From IMG/VR virus record IMGVR_UViG_3300010047_000005, positions 1-50,900 of that record: a DNA stretch of 50,900 nt; one strand, given 5' to 3'. Source of the DNA: a virus. Its lineage: Duplodnaviria > Caudoviricetes. The notes below the pieces were generated by a model. That model saw nothing but the letters and a program-made list of their open reading frames with translations. It did no database searches and was not told the DNA's origin. A program made the position numbers and the translations under genes. This document shows, in pieces, positions 37,341-46,417 of this stretch; the stretch's first letter is position 1, and every line of letters starts with the position of its first letter.

Positions 37341-37478
37341 TCACTTCTTCTTCGGAGGTTGGATCTTTGCTCCCGGGTACTTCGCCGCGTACGTGTTTGC
37401 CTGCGCCTCGCTCGTGAAGTACCTGCGCGGCCCTTTGCCGGCGGGCGGAATCACGAGCCACTTCGTGCACATGCACAT
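37341..37478 (-). CDS. Small basic protein, 45 aa
   Basis: Manual translation MCMCTKWLVIPPAGKGPRRYFTSEAQA..; TGATG coupling to the protease. Confidence 0.65.
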   Translation of the reverse strand: MCMCTKWLVIPPAGKGPRRYFTSEAQANTYAAKYPGAKIQPPKKK

Positions 37479-39211
37479 CAGGCGTCACCAACCGCTAGCG
37501 CCAGCTCGGCGCGCATCTTCTCCGCGTCCATGCCCATGAGAGACGCCAGCTCCTCGCGGAGCTTGCTCTTCTCGCCCTCCTCGGCCTGGATTTCCAGGAA
37601 TGCCGCGAAGGCTTCCCGGGCGATCTCGCCGACGTCGACGCGCTGCGGGGCGCCCTCCGGCTCGGGGCCGAAGCTGGCGACCAGCGCAGTCTGTCGCCCC
37701 CGGTACGAGTGCGTCGCGACCGGGAACCCGGGCTCGGAGTACAGGCGCGGGCCGGGCGAGAGCGCCAGGACCTCGACGAGCGCCAGGCCCTCGGCGACCT
37801 CGCGCCAGTCCCCGGACACCTTGCGCCGGGTGAGCACGCGCATAGTCCGATCGTCGATGTCGGCCGCGATCGGGCCGCACACGAAGATCCCCCACTTGTC
37901 AGTGGTGGCCTGCACGTAGGCCGCCTCCGTCTTGTCGTCGTACGCGCGCCGGGTGGCGTCGGCCGACAGCTCCAGTCCCGCGTGCCTTCCCCCGACCGTG
38001 ATCCGCCCGGCGAACACGGGGCCGTCTTCGGTCTCGATCGGGATGCGGTTGAACTCGGGGTAATCCCCGGACTCGTCGATCGGGGGCAGCACGCACGTGT
38101 CTTTGAATCCGACGTGGCAGGTGTGCCGGAGCGCGATGTGACCGTACGCCCGGGGCGGGTCGGCCTCGAAGTCGTACGTGATCGGCGTCGGACCCTTGAT
38201 CTCGACGGGGGAGACGAACGCGCGCGCCGGGTAGTCGATATCGGCGGTCGCCATAGTGGCCACGAGCGCGGCGTGAGCGGCCTCGTCGGAGTCGAAGGGG
38301 CACTCCGGCCAGTCCTCGTACTGCTCGCGCACGCGTGCGTACAGGGTGCACGTGCGGCCCTCTAGGGCCTTCTGATCCGAGGAGCTGATCCCCTTCGTCG
38401 CGCCGATCCCCCGGCCGCCCGCGAGTGCGGCGACGCCGCGCGGCACGATCCGGAGCTCGCCGTCGACGATGTCCGCGAACCCGAGCCGGTAATCACCGCG
38501 CTTGGTGCCGTCGCCGTCGACCCACAGGAACGCCTTCCCAGCGCGCTGCTTGTCGACGTTGCCGTCCTCGTCGGAGTAAGCGTCGAACACGCGGCCGGCC
38601 GCAGCGCCCCCGTCCCACTCGTGCTCACGGTCGTCGACGACGGGGAGCTTCGAGTCGCCGGAGACGGAGGCGACGATCGAGATCTCATCCTCGTCTTCGC
38701 TGGTGACGTCGCACTCGTCGTCCTCGTACAGCTCGAACGTGTGGTTCGTCTCGACGTACGCCGGGATGTCGACCAGGGTCGCCGCCCGAATCCGGCCCTT
38801 CGTCACGAGGAGTTCGAGCTCGACCTCCGGGTCCTCCAGGGCGTCTATGTCGACGGGCTCGTTCGAGCCGACCCGAACCGGCACGGCATCGAAATCGTCA
38901 AGGTCGACGGACAGGCCGAGGACGCCTTCCCTGATTAGCGTCATTGCCGTGGCCACGTCCTCAGCGAGTCGAGGCATTCTCTCGCGGTCGATGTCGTCGA
39001 AGATCACACCCTCGACCCAGACTTCGTTGTCCCCCATTTCTACCTTGTCGATCTTCCCGATCGTCACGGCGCCATCGTGGCCACCAATGTCTTCTCGGGG
39101 CCACCGCAGCGGGAGTGGGGTATCCGCAACGGTCAGGGCATCCCCGAGGCGCCTGCGGTCCCCGGTCGACACATCGATCGGAGCGGCCAGCGCGCGGAAG
39201 CGTGTCGCCAT
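37478..39211 (-). CDS. Capsid maturation protease
   Basis: GHDGAVTIG, GLSVDLDD, AATLVDIPAY; between MuF and capsid genes. Confidence 0.8.
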   Translation of the reverse strand: MATRFRALAAPIDVSTGDRRRLGDALTVADTPLPLRWPREDIGGHDGAVTIGKIDKVEMGDNEVWVEGVIFDDIDRERMPRLAEDVATAMTLIREGVLGLSVDLDDFDAVPVRVGSNEPVDIDALEDPEVELELLVTKGRIRAATLVDIPAYVETNHTFELYEDDECDVTSEDEDEISIVASVSGDSKLPVVDDREHEWDGGAAAGRVFDAYSDEDGNVDKQRAGKAFLWVDGDGTKRGDYRLGFADIVDGELRIVPRGVAALAGGRGIGATKGISSSDQKALEGRTCTLYARVREQYEDWPECPFDSDEAAHAALVATMATADIDYPARAFVSPVEIKGPTPITYDFEADPPRAYGHIALRHTCHVGFKDTCVLPPIDESGDYPEFNRIPIETEDGPVFAGRITVGGRHAGLELSADATRRAYDDKTEAAYVQATTDKWGIFVCGPIAADIDDRTMRVLTRRKVSGDWREVAEGLALVEVLALSPGPRLYSEPGFPVATHSYRGRQTALVASFGPEPEGAPQRVDVGEIAREAFAAFLEIQAEEGEKSKLREELASLMGMDAEKMRAELALAVGDA

Positions 39212-39215
39212 GGTC

Positions 39216-40934
39216 TTACCTCCCTTTTGACTGTCGGTTCGACAGATCGAGCGCCTCGCCCACGGGGACGAGAAGCGTGGTGCACCGGCACGAAATTACG
39301 TTTCCTGCCGACCCGGACGGATCGCCGGGGAACATGAGAGCTTCTCCGCCCACGTCGAAGGGCATGTTCGGCGCGCGACGCTGCCCGTCCGCGAGGCGAT
39401 GGGCTTCACGTGTACGTAGGTCCGCAGTCGCTAACCAAATTTTGACGAGCTCCTCGTTAGACCGGGCCGCGAAGGCCATGTTCGCGTCGTTGCGGGACGC
39501 GTTTAGCGCTCCGAGCGTATTCCCGCTATAATGGGAGCCGACACCAAACCACCCCCTACGAGTAGTGAGGTTGTAAACGTGACCAGAGAATCGAATTCTC
39601 TCAACGCGCAAGATCTTATCGACGCCTACCGGTCGGGCTATGGGATCCAGGCTGTTGCTCAGCAGTTCGGCGTCAGTTACAAGAGGGTCCGATCCGTACT
39701 CTCCGACGGCGGGGAGCCGATTCGCAGCCTGAGCGCCGCAAAGAGAGCTCAGTTTGACCTTCTCGGAAAGAAGGGGGCGCGGTGGCTTGACCTGGACGTG
39801 GAGGCCCTCGCTACTGAGTACTCCGAAGGAGCGAGCGCTTCCGACCTTGCGGAAAAATTCGGAATCAGCATCGACACCGTAGAGCGAAGGCTGCGCCCAC
39901 TGGGAATCATGCGCCCAGCCGGGATGGCCACCAATCGTGAGAAGTTGGCTCGCTCCATGCAGGGATGCGAGACTCGGGTTGGCGAATTCGAGGCCGAGGT
40001 CACAGCGATGCTGAGCACCTTGCAGCCCGTCAAGCAGCTCCCAGTCGGTAGTCGCAACATCGACATAGCCGTTCATCCCATCGCCGTGGAAGTCTGGCTT
40101 TCCAGTCTGCGACCGGATAACGACGCCTACTGTCGAGAGCGCATCGTAGAGTTCGGCAATGCTGGCTGGCATACGGCCTATATCCACATTTCCCGACGCA
40201 CGAAGACCTTGTCCACCCGGGTGGCAGAGCAGATCATCGCCTGGCATGAGGCCGCCAGCGCCAACCCAGCCGCACGCCGTGAGTATCGGGTGATTCGCGG
40301 TAGCGGTGAACTGCTCTCCCGAGGACATGTATATCCGGAACGCGTCCCCCTCGTACCGGCGTCGGTAGACGGCCTTGATCCCGTCTGACTGAACCAGGGC
40401 ATCCCCAGTCAGGCATTCGGTCCTGGCGATCACCACGGCTCGATTCTCCCAGCGTGGCGTACGGGTCGCCGAGAGCACCTTGTCGACCCGGGCTGAGATC
40501 TCGGGGATCGCTTCGCCGAGGCCGACGGCCGCCGCGATCTGTCCCGTGATCAGGTTGAACACTTCGTTCGGGGTGTTGGACATGCGGTTGCGGACGCCAG
40601 CGAGGTACGTCTCGACGGCCGGGCGGCCCTCCCAGGCGTAGCCGTCGCCGAGGAGTTTCGCGTACGCCCACCCCATCACGGGCTTGATGCCTTCCTGGAT
40701 GATCGCCGTGATGTTGCGTTGCCAGGCCGGGACCTCCGACCAGACCTCGACGGGATCGGGCATCCCCGCGCCCCGGGTCACGCGGCCGGCCGTCGAGGTG
40801 ACCCACGAGGCGAGCCGATCCCACACGACCCGGAAGATCTTCCGCTCGGCCGTGGCGGCGTCGAGCGCTGCGGCGAGCCGGGCCGGCAACCACGGGTCTT
40901 CGCCGTGCCCATCCCACACGGGCGGGGGCTTCAC
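39216..40934 (-). CDS. MuF-like head morphogenesis protein with intein
   Basis: RAVVIARTE|T, KIWLATADLRTREAH, FPGDP, NVISCRC; follows portal. Confidence 0.9.
   Translation of the reverse strand: MKPPPVWDGHGEDPWLPARLAAALDAATAERKIFRVVWDRLASWVTSTAGRVTRGAGMPDPVEVWSEVPAWQRNITAIIQEGIKPVMGWAYAKLLGDGYAWEGRPAVETYLAGVRNRMSNTPNEVFNLITGQIAAAVGLGEAIPEISARVDKVLSATRTPRWENRAVVIARTECLTGDALVQSDGIKAVYRRRYEGDAFRIYMSSGEQFTATANHPILTACGWVGAGGLMPGDDLLCHPGGQGLRASGNVDIGRMPASIAELYDALSTVGVVIRSQTGKPDFHGDGMNGYVDVATTDWELLDGLQGAQHRCDLGLEFANPSLASLHGASQLLTIGGHPGWAHDSQWAQPSLYGVDADSEFFRKVGSARSFGVLSSEGLHVQVKPPRPLLSEKVKLSSLCGAQAANRLPAVGEYGSDPLVTDAELLSNSLDPIARPVGVDKILRVERIRFSGHVYNLTTRRGWFGVGSHYSGNTLGALNASRNDANMAFAARSNEELVKIWLATADLRTREAHRLADGQRRAPNMPFDVGGEALMFPGDPSGSAGNVISCRCTTLLVPVGEALDLSNRQSKGR
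39527..39571 (+). promoter_or_regulatory. Candidate -10 box and RBS for the antisense nuclease gene
   Basis: TATAAT at 39527-39532, GAGGT at 39567-39571, in-frame GTG at 39579. Confidence 0.55.
39579..40388 (+). CDS. Tandem HTH plus Vsr/DUF559-like PD-(D/E)XK endonuclease, antisense inside the intein
   Basis: Two HTH repeats (YRSGYGIQAVAQQFGVS; YSEGASASDLAEKFGIS), then EFEAEV, KQLPVGSRNIDIAVHPIAVEV, D..R..GW. ORF is open from ATG 39531. Confidence 0.8.
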   Translation: MTRESNSLNAQDLIDAYRSGYGIQAVAQQFGVSYKRVRSVLSDGGEPIRSLSAAKRAQFDLLGKKGARWLDLDVEALATEYSEGASASDLAEKFGISIDTVERRLRPLGIMRPAGMATNREKLARSMQGCETRVGEFEAEVTAMLSTLQPVKQLPVGSRNIDIAVHPIAVEVWLSSLRPDNDAYCRERIVEFGNAGWHTAYIHISRRTKTLSTRVAEQIIAWHEAASANPAARREYRVIRGSGELLSRGHVYPERVPLVPASVDGLDPV

Positions 40935-42748
40935 TGGATCGCCACTTTCAGCGCCGAGGCGAGCAGGTCGTCATGGTGCGCCATGCCCCGACAGAGCAGC
41001 TCCCGGCAATAGCCGTGCAGCAACCTCTCTAGGTCTACGGGCGACACGCCCATGTCTTCCGCTGCCGCTTGCAGATGAATCCATGCCCCATCGAGCACTT
41101 TGTCGGCCTTATCTGGCGTGATAGGACCAATCCTGGTGTGCAGTTCGTGGCGAGCGTAGGCGCTCCACCTGTTGCGACGCTCAGAGGACGTGGTTAGCCG
41201 TAGGTTGGCTGTCTCTAGGGCACGCATGACCAGTAGGCGCGTTGCCCCCAGGCGTAGGCGCTCCATCGCCGCCGACTGCTCCGGGGCGCTTCCGCCGGTC
41301 GGTCCCTCGTCGAGGTTGTCGGGCGGACCCTGCGGGGCGGACTCGATCTCCCGGGGCGCGGGAACCGGGGCCGGGGCGATCGCTTCGAGGCCGGTCGGCC
41401 GGAATCCGAGCATGGCTTGCACCCCAGGATCGAGGATCGCCGTCGGTTGCGCCTTGATCGCCGCATAGATGACCATGCGAAGCTTCTCGTCTTCGGTGGG
41501 CATCTGTTCCTTGGTGAACGCGCCGGCCTTGACGGTCTCCTCGTCGGACAGAAGGCCCCGGTCGTTGAGCTGTAGCGCCTCGTCGAGCCGGTTCGGCCGG
41601 ACGGCTAGGGGTGCCGTGTCGAAGGCGTAGGCGTAGCGCTCGGGGTCGGTGACGCCGAGGCGTTCTAGGGCGTCGTGCAGGAATCCCCGGGTGAGGGCGT
41701 CGGCGATGTACGCGAGGTACGGCTTGATCCGCTTGATGCCCTCTTCGCTGATTGCCCACGCGGTCCAGTGGTTCGAGTTGCCGAGGCCGGACAGGAGCTC
41801 GCTCGGGATCTCGAAGGCCGCCGCGACGCGCTCGATCGCCGCCGCTTTCATGGGTGCCAGTTCGGCGGACAGCTCACTCCAGAACGTGAGGACCTTGATC
41901 TTGTCGAGGTGTTCGACGTACTTCTCGGGCAGCGTGGCAATGATCGGAACCATTGCCGAGGCCGTTTCCTGATTCTGGATTGGCGCCATCATCGCGCGCT
42001 GAAGGTAGGCCATGAAGCCGGCCAGCCCCTCGACGTCACCCTCACCGCGCGGGAAATCGATGTCCTCGGGGAGCAGGAGCAGGCCCGCGCCCGTGAGGCG
42101 GGACTCTAGCTCGGCGAACTGTCGCTTCGTCGTGAGCTCGATCTCGCGGAGCGGAGGGATCGCCGAGCGGGTGGGGGAGTCAGGTTGCGCGAGGGCGTTC
42201 GGATGGGGTCTCCAGGATCGGATCAGGATGTCCTGCCCGTCGCGCAGGGACAGCGTCCCGCCTCCTCGGGTGAGCGGGCGCTCGACCTCGATCAGCTCAC
42301 CTTGCCGCGCGAGCTGGCCCGAGGTGAGCACCCACCAACCGCCCGGGTCCTCGCTCGCCGCGTCCTCACCCACGACCCACGCCTCACCCGCGACCGCGAG
42401 GTCGATCCCCCACAGTCGAAGGTTGTCGTCGCGCTGGCTCCCGGTCCCGAGCGGCACAGCGGCGAGCCGTGCGATCGCCTCGTCGTCGACTTCCCCGGTC
42501 TCTTCGCCGGTCTGGCTGATCTCGGTTACGTACAGGCGAGCCTGAGAAACGCTGTCACCAATCCAGGCAGCGAGGAAGCGGAGCTCCCCCACAATGTCGT
42601 ACAACCGCCACGCTTCGCGCTGGAAGTCCCGGTTTCCGTATCGCCAGTTCGACCACGGCGAGCCGGGGCCGAATACGACCGGGGCGATAGCGGACGTGAG
42701 GGCCGGGGGCCGCTTGCGCGTCGTCGCCCGGGGCTTGAACAAGGCCAT
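40931..42748 (-). CDS. Portal protein
   Basis: EAWRLYDIVGELRF, WRPHP, SRLTGAG, NHWTAW; size and position. Confidence 0.88.
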   Translation of the reverse strand: MALFKPRATTRKRPPALTSAIAPVVFGPGSPWSNWRYGNRDFQREAWRLYDIVGELRFLAAWIGDSVSQARLYVTEISQTGEETGEVDDEAIARLAAVPLGTGSQRDDNLRLWGIDLAVAGEAWVVGEDAASEDPGGWWVLTSGQLARQGELIEVERPLTRGGGTLSLRDGQDILIRSWRPHPNALAQPDSPTRSAIPPLREIELTTKRQFAELESRLTGAGLLLLPEDIDFPRGEGDVEGLAGFMAYLQRAMMAPIQNQETASAMVPIIATLPEKYVEHLDKIKVLTFWSELSAELAPMKAAAIERVAAAFEIPSELLSGLGNSNHWTAWAISEEGIKRIKPYLAYIADALTRGFLHDALERLGVTDPERYAYAFDTAPLAVRPNRLDEALQLNDRGLLSDEETVKAGAFTKEQMPTEDEKLRMVIYAAIKAQPTAILDPGVQAMLGFRPTGLEAIAPAPVPAPREIESAPQGPPDNLDEGPTGGSAPEQSAAMERLRLGATRLLVMRALETANLRLTTSSERRNRWSAYARHELHTRIGPITPDKADKVLDGAWIHLQAAAEDMGVSPVDLERLLHGYCRELLCRGMAHHDDLLASALKVAIQ

Positions 42749-42752
42749 GTGA

Positions 42753-43061
42753 TCACCTGCCACTCGTCGAGGTCATGCCGATGACCTGCGCGAGCGCGAG
42801 GCCGAGGGCGGGAATCAGAAGGATCGGGTTCTGTGAGTGAAACCAGATCACGGGGGCCGCCACGGCCGCCAGAGGTACACCAACACACCACGGGCACGTG
42901 AGCCACCCGTTCAGGAACCAACCGGCCGACCACTGCCGATCGTCGAGCCGAGCCTTCAGGGCGTCGCGCTGCTTCTCCCAGAGTTCGTCGAGCACGATCA
43001 GTCCCGCGATGCGGGAGAGGGCGAGCGCGTATACCACGAGGAGGACGGGCTCGATCGGCAT
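42753..43061 (-). CDS. DUF1360-like membrane protein
   Basis: RIAGLIVLDEL, LTCPWC; precedes portal. Confidence 0.75.
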   Translation of the reverse strand: MPIEPVLLVVYALALSRIAGLIVLDELWEKQRDALKARLDDRQWSAGWFLNGWLTCPWCVGVPLAAVAAPVIWFHSQNPILLIPALGLALAQVIGMTSTSGR

Positions 43062-43064
43062 GAT

Positions 43065-43574
43065 TCACATGGTAGGTGACCCGGATACAAGTCGACCCCG
43101 CACGGCTAGCTCGTGACTGGCGAGATAGGCGGCTGCCCGCGCAAGAAGGTCTTGGCTATCCCGGAAATAGCCAAGGGCCAAGTTGCATGGGCGACACAGG
43201 ACACCTCTCGTGCACTTCTGGCACGGGCGTCGCCCCGCAGGGTGGCAAGAGTGGTCATGGTCTACCGCGAAGCGAGGGGCGCCCTCCTGCGGGATCGCTC
43301 CGCAAATTGCGCACATACCACCTTGGCTGGCCAGGATTCTGTCGTATTTCGCGTGATACCTGGCTTCCTTAAGCCGCCACTTGCCACGATGGTCGCGAGG
43401 GACGCGAGATCGGTGCTCCTCCTCGGCCGTAGGGCACGACCATCGATACGCGCCTCCAGGCTTCCGGGGATTCCTCCCTCTTAGCCGCGTTGGGCCGCAC
43501 TTCGCGCACACCCCAGTGCGAGCCTCGGGGTCAACTCCCGTGATGACGTGTATCGACTTTCTCCCGGCTTCCAT
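43065..43574 (-). CDS. Endonuclease VII-family nuclease
   Basis: QGGMCAIC..AVDHDH..RGVLCRPCNLALG..D..AAAYL. Confidence 0.9.
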   Translation of the reverse strand: MEAGRKSIHVITGVDPEARTGVCAKCGPTRLRGRNPRKPGGAYRWSCPTAEEEHRSRVPRDHRGKWRLKEARYHAKYDRILASQGGMCAICGAIPQEGAPRFAVDHDHSCHPAGRRPCQKCTRGVLCRPCNLALGYFRDSQDLLARAAAYLASHELAVRGRLVSGSPTM

Positions 43575-43591
43575 GTGGTCAACATACAAGA

Positions 43592-43628
43592 GACCCCGCA
43601 CGGGTTCAATTTCACCTCGTGCGGGGTC
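43592..43628 (-). terminator. Terminator after the FtsK-like gene
   Basis: gaccccgcacg...cgtgcggggtc. Confidence 0.7.
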
Positions 43629-43643
43629 GATCTGTCGGGGACT

Positions 43644-45080
43644 CTACTCGGAAGGTGCGACGAGGATCTCCCGAGCCTTGTTGCCGTCCTGCGGCCCGAT
43701 GATGCCGCGCTGCTCCAGGATCACCATGAGCGCCTTCGCCTTCGGGTGGCCGAGCCGTAGCTCGGTCTGGAGGAACGACGTCGAGGCCCGGCGCTCCCGC
43801 AGGACGGCCGCGATCGCGCGCCGCGTGTCCTCGTCGTCGCCGATCTCGACGCCCGGCTCGACGGGCTCCCGGTGCTCGACGATCCCGGCTCCGGCCACGG
43901 CGGCCGAGATCTCCTCGTCGGTGACCCACGCGCCTTGAACCCGGTCGGGGGTACTGCCCGAGGCGGAGAACAGCGCGTCGCCCTTGCCGAGCAGGCACTC
44001 GGCGCCGTTCGCGTCGAGGATGACCCGGGAGTCCGTCCCGGTCGCCACGGAGAACGCGAGCCGGCTCGGGAGGTTCGCCTTGATCACGCCCGTGATGACG
44101 TCGACGCTCGGGCGCTGCGTGGCCAGCACGAGATGAATCCCGGCCGCGCGCGCGAGTTGGGTGATCCGTTGAATCGACTCCTCGACCGCCTCCTTCGCGA
44201 TCACCATGAGGTCCCCGAACTCGTCGACGATCACGACCCGGTACTTCATCGGGGTGCCGGGGTTCTTCCCGTTGTACTCGTCGATGTTGCGGCACCCGGC
44301 CGCCGCGAGGCGGTCGTAACGCCGGTCCATGTCGGCGCACACGTCCTCCAGGGCCGAGGAGGCGCGCCGGGCGTCCGTGATGATCGAGCAAATCAGGTGA
44401 GGCACGGTCGCGTACGCCGTGAACTCGACCTTCTTCGGGTCGATCAGGAGGAGCTCCACCTGCTCGGGCGTGGCCCGGGTGATCAGCGAGACGAGGAAGG
44501 TGTGCAGGCACGCCGACTTGCCCCCGCCCGTCTGGCCCGCGACGAGGATGTGAGGCATCTCCGCGAGGTTGGGCGTGACGGGCGTGCCGTCCATGGCCCG
44601 GCCGAGGGCGACGATCAGCGGGTGAGGGTCGGCGACCGAGGCGAGCAGGGGCGCGAACGGCACGAGCTCGGGGTCGGCACGCGGGATCTCGATCCCCACG
44701 ACGCCCTTCTCGCCCGGGATCGGAACCAGGATCGAGATCTTGTCGGTCCCCATGGCGAGCCGGATCTCGGTCGCGCACTTCTCGACCTTCTCGGCCTTCG
44801 TGGCCGCGCCGAGCTTCACCCGGTACCGCGTGATCTTCGGGCCGACGACCGCGCCGATCAGGGTCGCGTCGACGTCGCACTTCGCGAAGACCGCGCGGAG
44901 GTCCCGGGCCTGCTCGCTGGCCAACGGGTCAACCACGACCACGGGGGCGACGGTCGGCCGGGCCGTTCCTGCGGGCGCGATCCCGGTCGCGTACCAGACC
45001 CCGCGCGCGAGCCAGCGGGGTACAGAAAGGGCGACGCCCCCGATCTTGTAGACCGAGGGCGCCTTCTTCTGCCTGCTCAC
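43644..45080 (-). CDS. FtsK/SpoIIIE DNA translocase (alpha, ATPase and gamma domains)
   Basis: MPHILVAGQTGGGKS, IDPK, IVDEFGDLM, LATQRPSVDVITG, AECLLGKGD; gamma ASTSFLQ..LRLG..A..LEQRGIIGP. Start GTG 45080. Confidence 0.93.
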   Translation of the reverse strand: MSRQKKAPSVYKIGGVALSVPRWLARGVWYATGIAPAGTARPTVAPVVVVDPLASEQARDLRAVFAKCDVDATLIGAVVGPKITRYRVKLGAATKAEKVEKCATEIRLAMGTDKISILVPIPGEKGVVGIEIPRADPELVPFAPLLASVADPHPLIVALGRAMDGTPVTPNLAEMPHILVAGQTGGGKSACLHTFLVSLITRATPEQVELLLIDPKKVEFTAYATVPHLICSIITDARRASSALEDVCADMDRRYDRLAAAGCRNIDEYNGKNPGTPMKYRVVIVDEFGDLMVIAKEAVEESIQRITQLARAAGIHLVLATQRPSVDVITGVIKANLPSRLAFSVATGTDSRVILDANGAECLLGKGDALFSASGSTPDRVQGAWVTDEEISAAVAGAGIVEHREPVEPGVEIGDDEDTRRAIAAVLRERRASTSFLQTELRLGHPKAKALMVILEQRGIIGPQDGNKAREILVAPSE

Positions 45081-45364
45081 TTGCCCCCCTTCCAAGGAAG
45101 CCGGAAACCTCTTTTCGGACCCCTCTCGGGGGCCTCTTTCAGGGCCTCGGTAGGGGGTGTGACCTGCGAATTCTCGGGTTGGGTACCGAATTCGGCCTCC
45201 CGAGAGAAGGGGTCCACGATCTTCCCCTCCTTCTTCGCCTTGATGCGTTCGAGGATCTTCATCACGAGCAGGAACCCACCCCCGGTGAGCACGAGCGCCC
45301 CGAGCTTCCCCCACCCGGGGGCGTGGGCCGAGGCGTCGGCCGCGAGAAGCGTGATCGAGTTCAT
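45077..45364 (-). CDS. Membrane protein
   Basis: MNSITLLAAD..GALVLTGGGFLLV; translationally coupled. Confidence 0.7.
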   Translation of the reverse strand: MNSITLLAADASAHAPGWGKLGALVLTGGGFLLVMKILERIKAKKEGKIVDPFSREAEFGTQPENSQVTPPTEALKEAPERGPKRGFRLPWKGGK

Positions 45365-45882
45365 CAGTTGACCCCCATGAGTCCGGGCACGAAGGCCGCG
45401 ATCGCGGCACAGGTGGTTACGAAGGTGTGCAGGATGTCGCCGATCCACCCGCCCACGAGGTCCGAGAACAACGCGAGGATGATCGCGGAACCCCACAGCT
45501 TGTGATTCAGGCGCGCGCTGGCCTGCGTGTCGAACGTGAGCTCGGCGAACTTGCCGAACTTCGCGGTCGCCTTCTTCGGGAGCAGCACACCAACCGTGAG
45601 GATGGCGACGGCCACGACGCCCATCGACAGGATCGCCTCGGTCGCGGCCCCTGCGATGTACGCGCCCCCGGTCATGGCCTTGAGGCTGTCGACAAGCTTG
45701 CTGACCTGCGCGACCGTGGCGTTATCGAGCGGGCTTCCATTGAAGCCCTCGTATATCGCCCCGGTCGCAATGGCCCATGCCACGCGGTCGGTGAACGCGT
45801 TCGGGCCGACCCGTAGAGCGTCGAGGATCAGCGCCGAAAGCAGCGCGACCGCGACGCCGGTAGGGGTCATAAGGTGTTCCAT
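45364..45882 (-). CDS. Multi-pass membrane protein
   Basis: Several hydrophobic helices. Confidence 0.78.
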   Translation of the reverse strand: MEHLMTPTGVAVALLSALILDALRVGPNAFTDRVAWAIATGAIYEGFNGSPLDNATVAQVSKLVDSLKAMTGGAYIAGAATEAILSMGVVAVAILTVGVLLPKKATAKFGKFAELTFDTQASARLNHKLWGSAIILALFSDLVGGWIGDILHTFVTTCAAIAAFVPGLMGVN

Positions 45883-45895
45883 TTCGCTCCTTTCG

Positions 45896-46150
45896 TCACT
45901 CTGAGACGGGCGGATAGAAGCTGAGGGTCTGTCCTGTTTCCTCGTCGATCGCTTCTATCCGGCAGTGCTTCACGTCGCGAGGGTGAACCCCCGCCGCTTG
46001 ACACATCCGCGCGAGCATCTGGTCCATGTAGAAATGGGCGTGCTGTAGCCCGGGACCCGTCACGAGGTCCAGAGAGACGATGGTCTTCTGGTCCTTCAGG
46101 AGACGCTGATATGAGCGGAAGAGCCGGAGTTCGTAGCGGCGGAGATTCAT
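45896..46150 (-). CDS. Hypothetical protein
   Basis: 84 aa ORF, AAGGA RBS. Confidence 0.7.
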   Translation of the reverse strand: MNLRRYELRLFRSYQRLLKDQKTIVSLDLVTGPGLQHAHFYMDQMLARMCQAAGVHPRDVKHCRIEAIDEETGQTLSFYPPVSE

Positions 46151-46165
46151 CTCGAATCCTTCTGG

Positions 46166-46369
46166 TTAGGCGTCGCCCCGAGTGGGGGCGGTGCGGGCGA
46201 AGTGCCACTCGGCGACACGAATGAACCCGATGGTTCCGGCGACGACGAGGGCGATAGTGGAGATCATGAAAGCGGTTCCGAACGTGCCGTGCTCGAAGCT
46301 GCGGGCGACGGTTCCGGCGCCGGCCGCTCCACTGATGACGGCGACGGCGTTGATGATCGTGCGGCTCAT
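46166..46369 (-). CDS. Small two-helix membrane protein
   Basis: Two hydrophobic segments, AAGGAG RBS. Confidence 0.7.
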   Translation of the reverse strand: MSRTIINAVAVISGAAGAGTVARSFEHGTFGTAFMISTIALVVAGTIGFIRVAEWHFARTAPTRGDA

Positions 46370-46417
46370 GACGTGCTCCTTCTGGTCTGGTCTTCTGGAT
46401 TCTGGCGGGACTTCTGG

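Larger units (their letters stand above)
39519..40415 (-). mobile_element. Intein (299 aa) with no recognisable in-frame endonuclease
   Basis: CLTGDALV (block A), FTATANHPILT..GW (B), HVYNLTT (F), YSGN|T (G). Removing it restores IARTE-T. Confidence 0.88.

Noticed and set aside
43872-45371. 499-aa + strand ORF opposite FtsK
   Set aside because: Shadow of a well-conserved gene
43644-45410. ORF-track extended starts (e.g. FtsK 45410, fiber 31908, chaperone 27774, GT 37491)
   Set aside because: The extensions overlap upstream genes and read as nonsense; downstream starts with RBS or coupling were used instead
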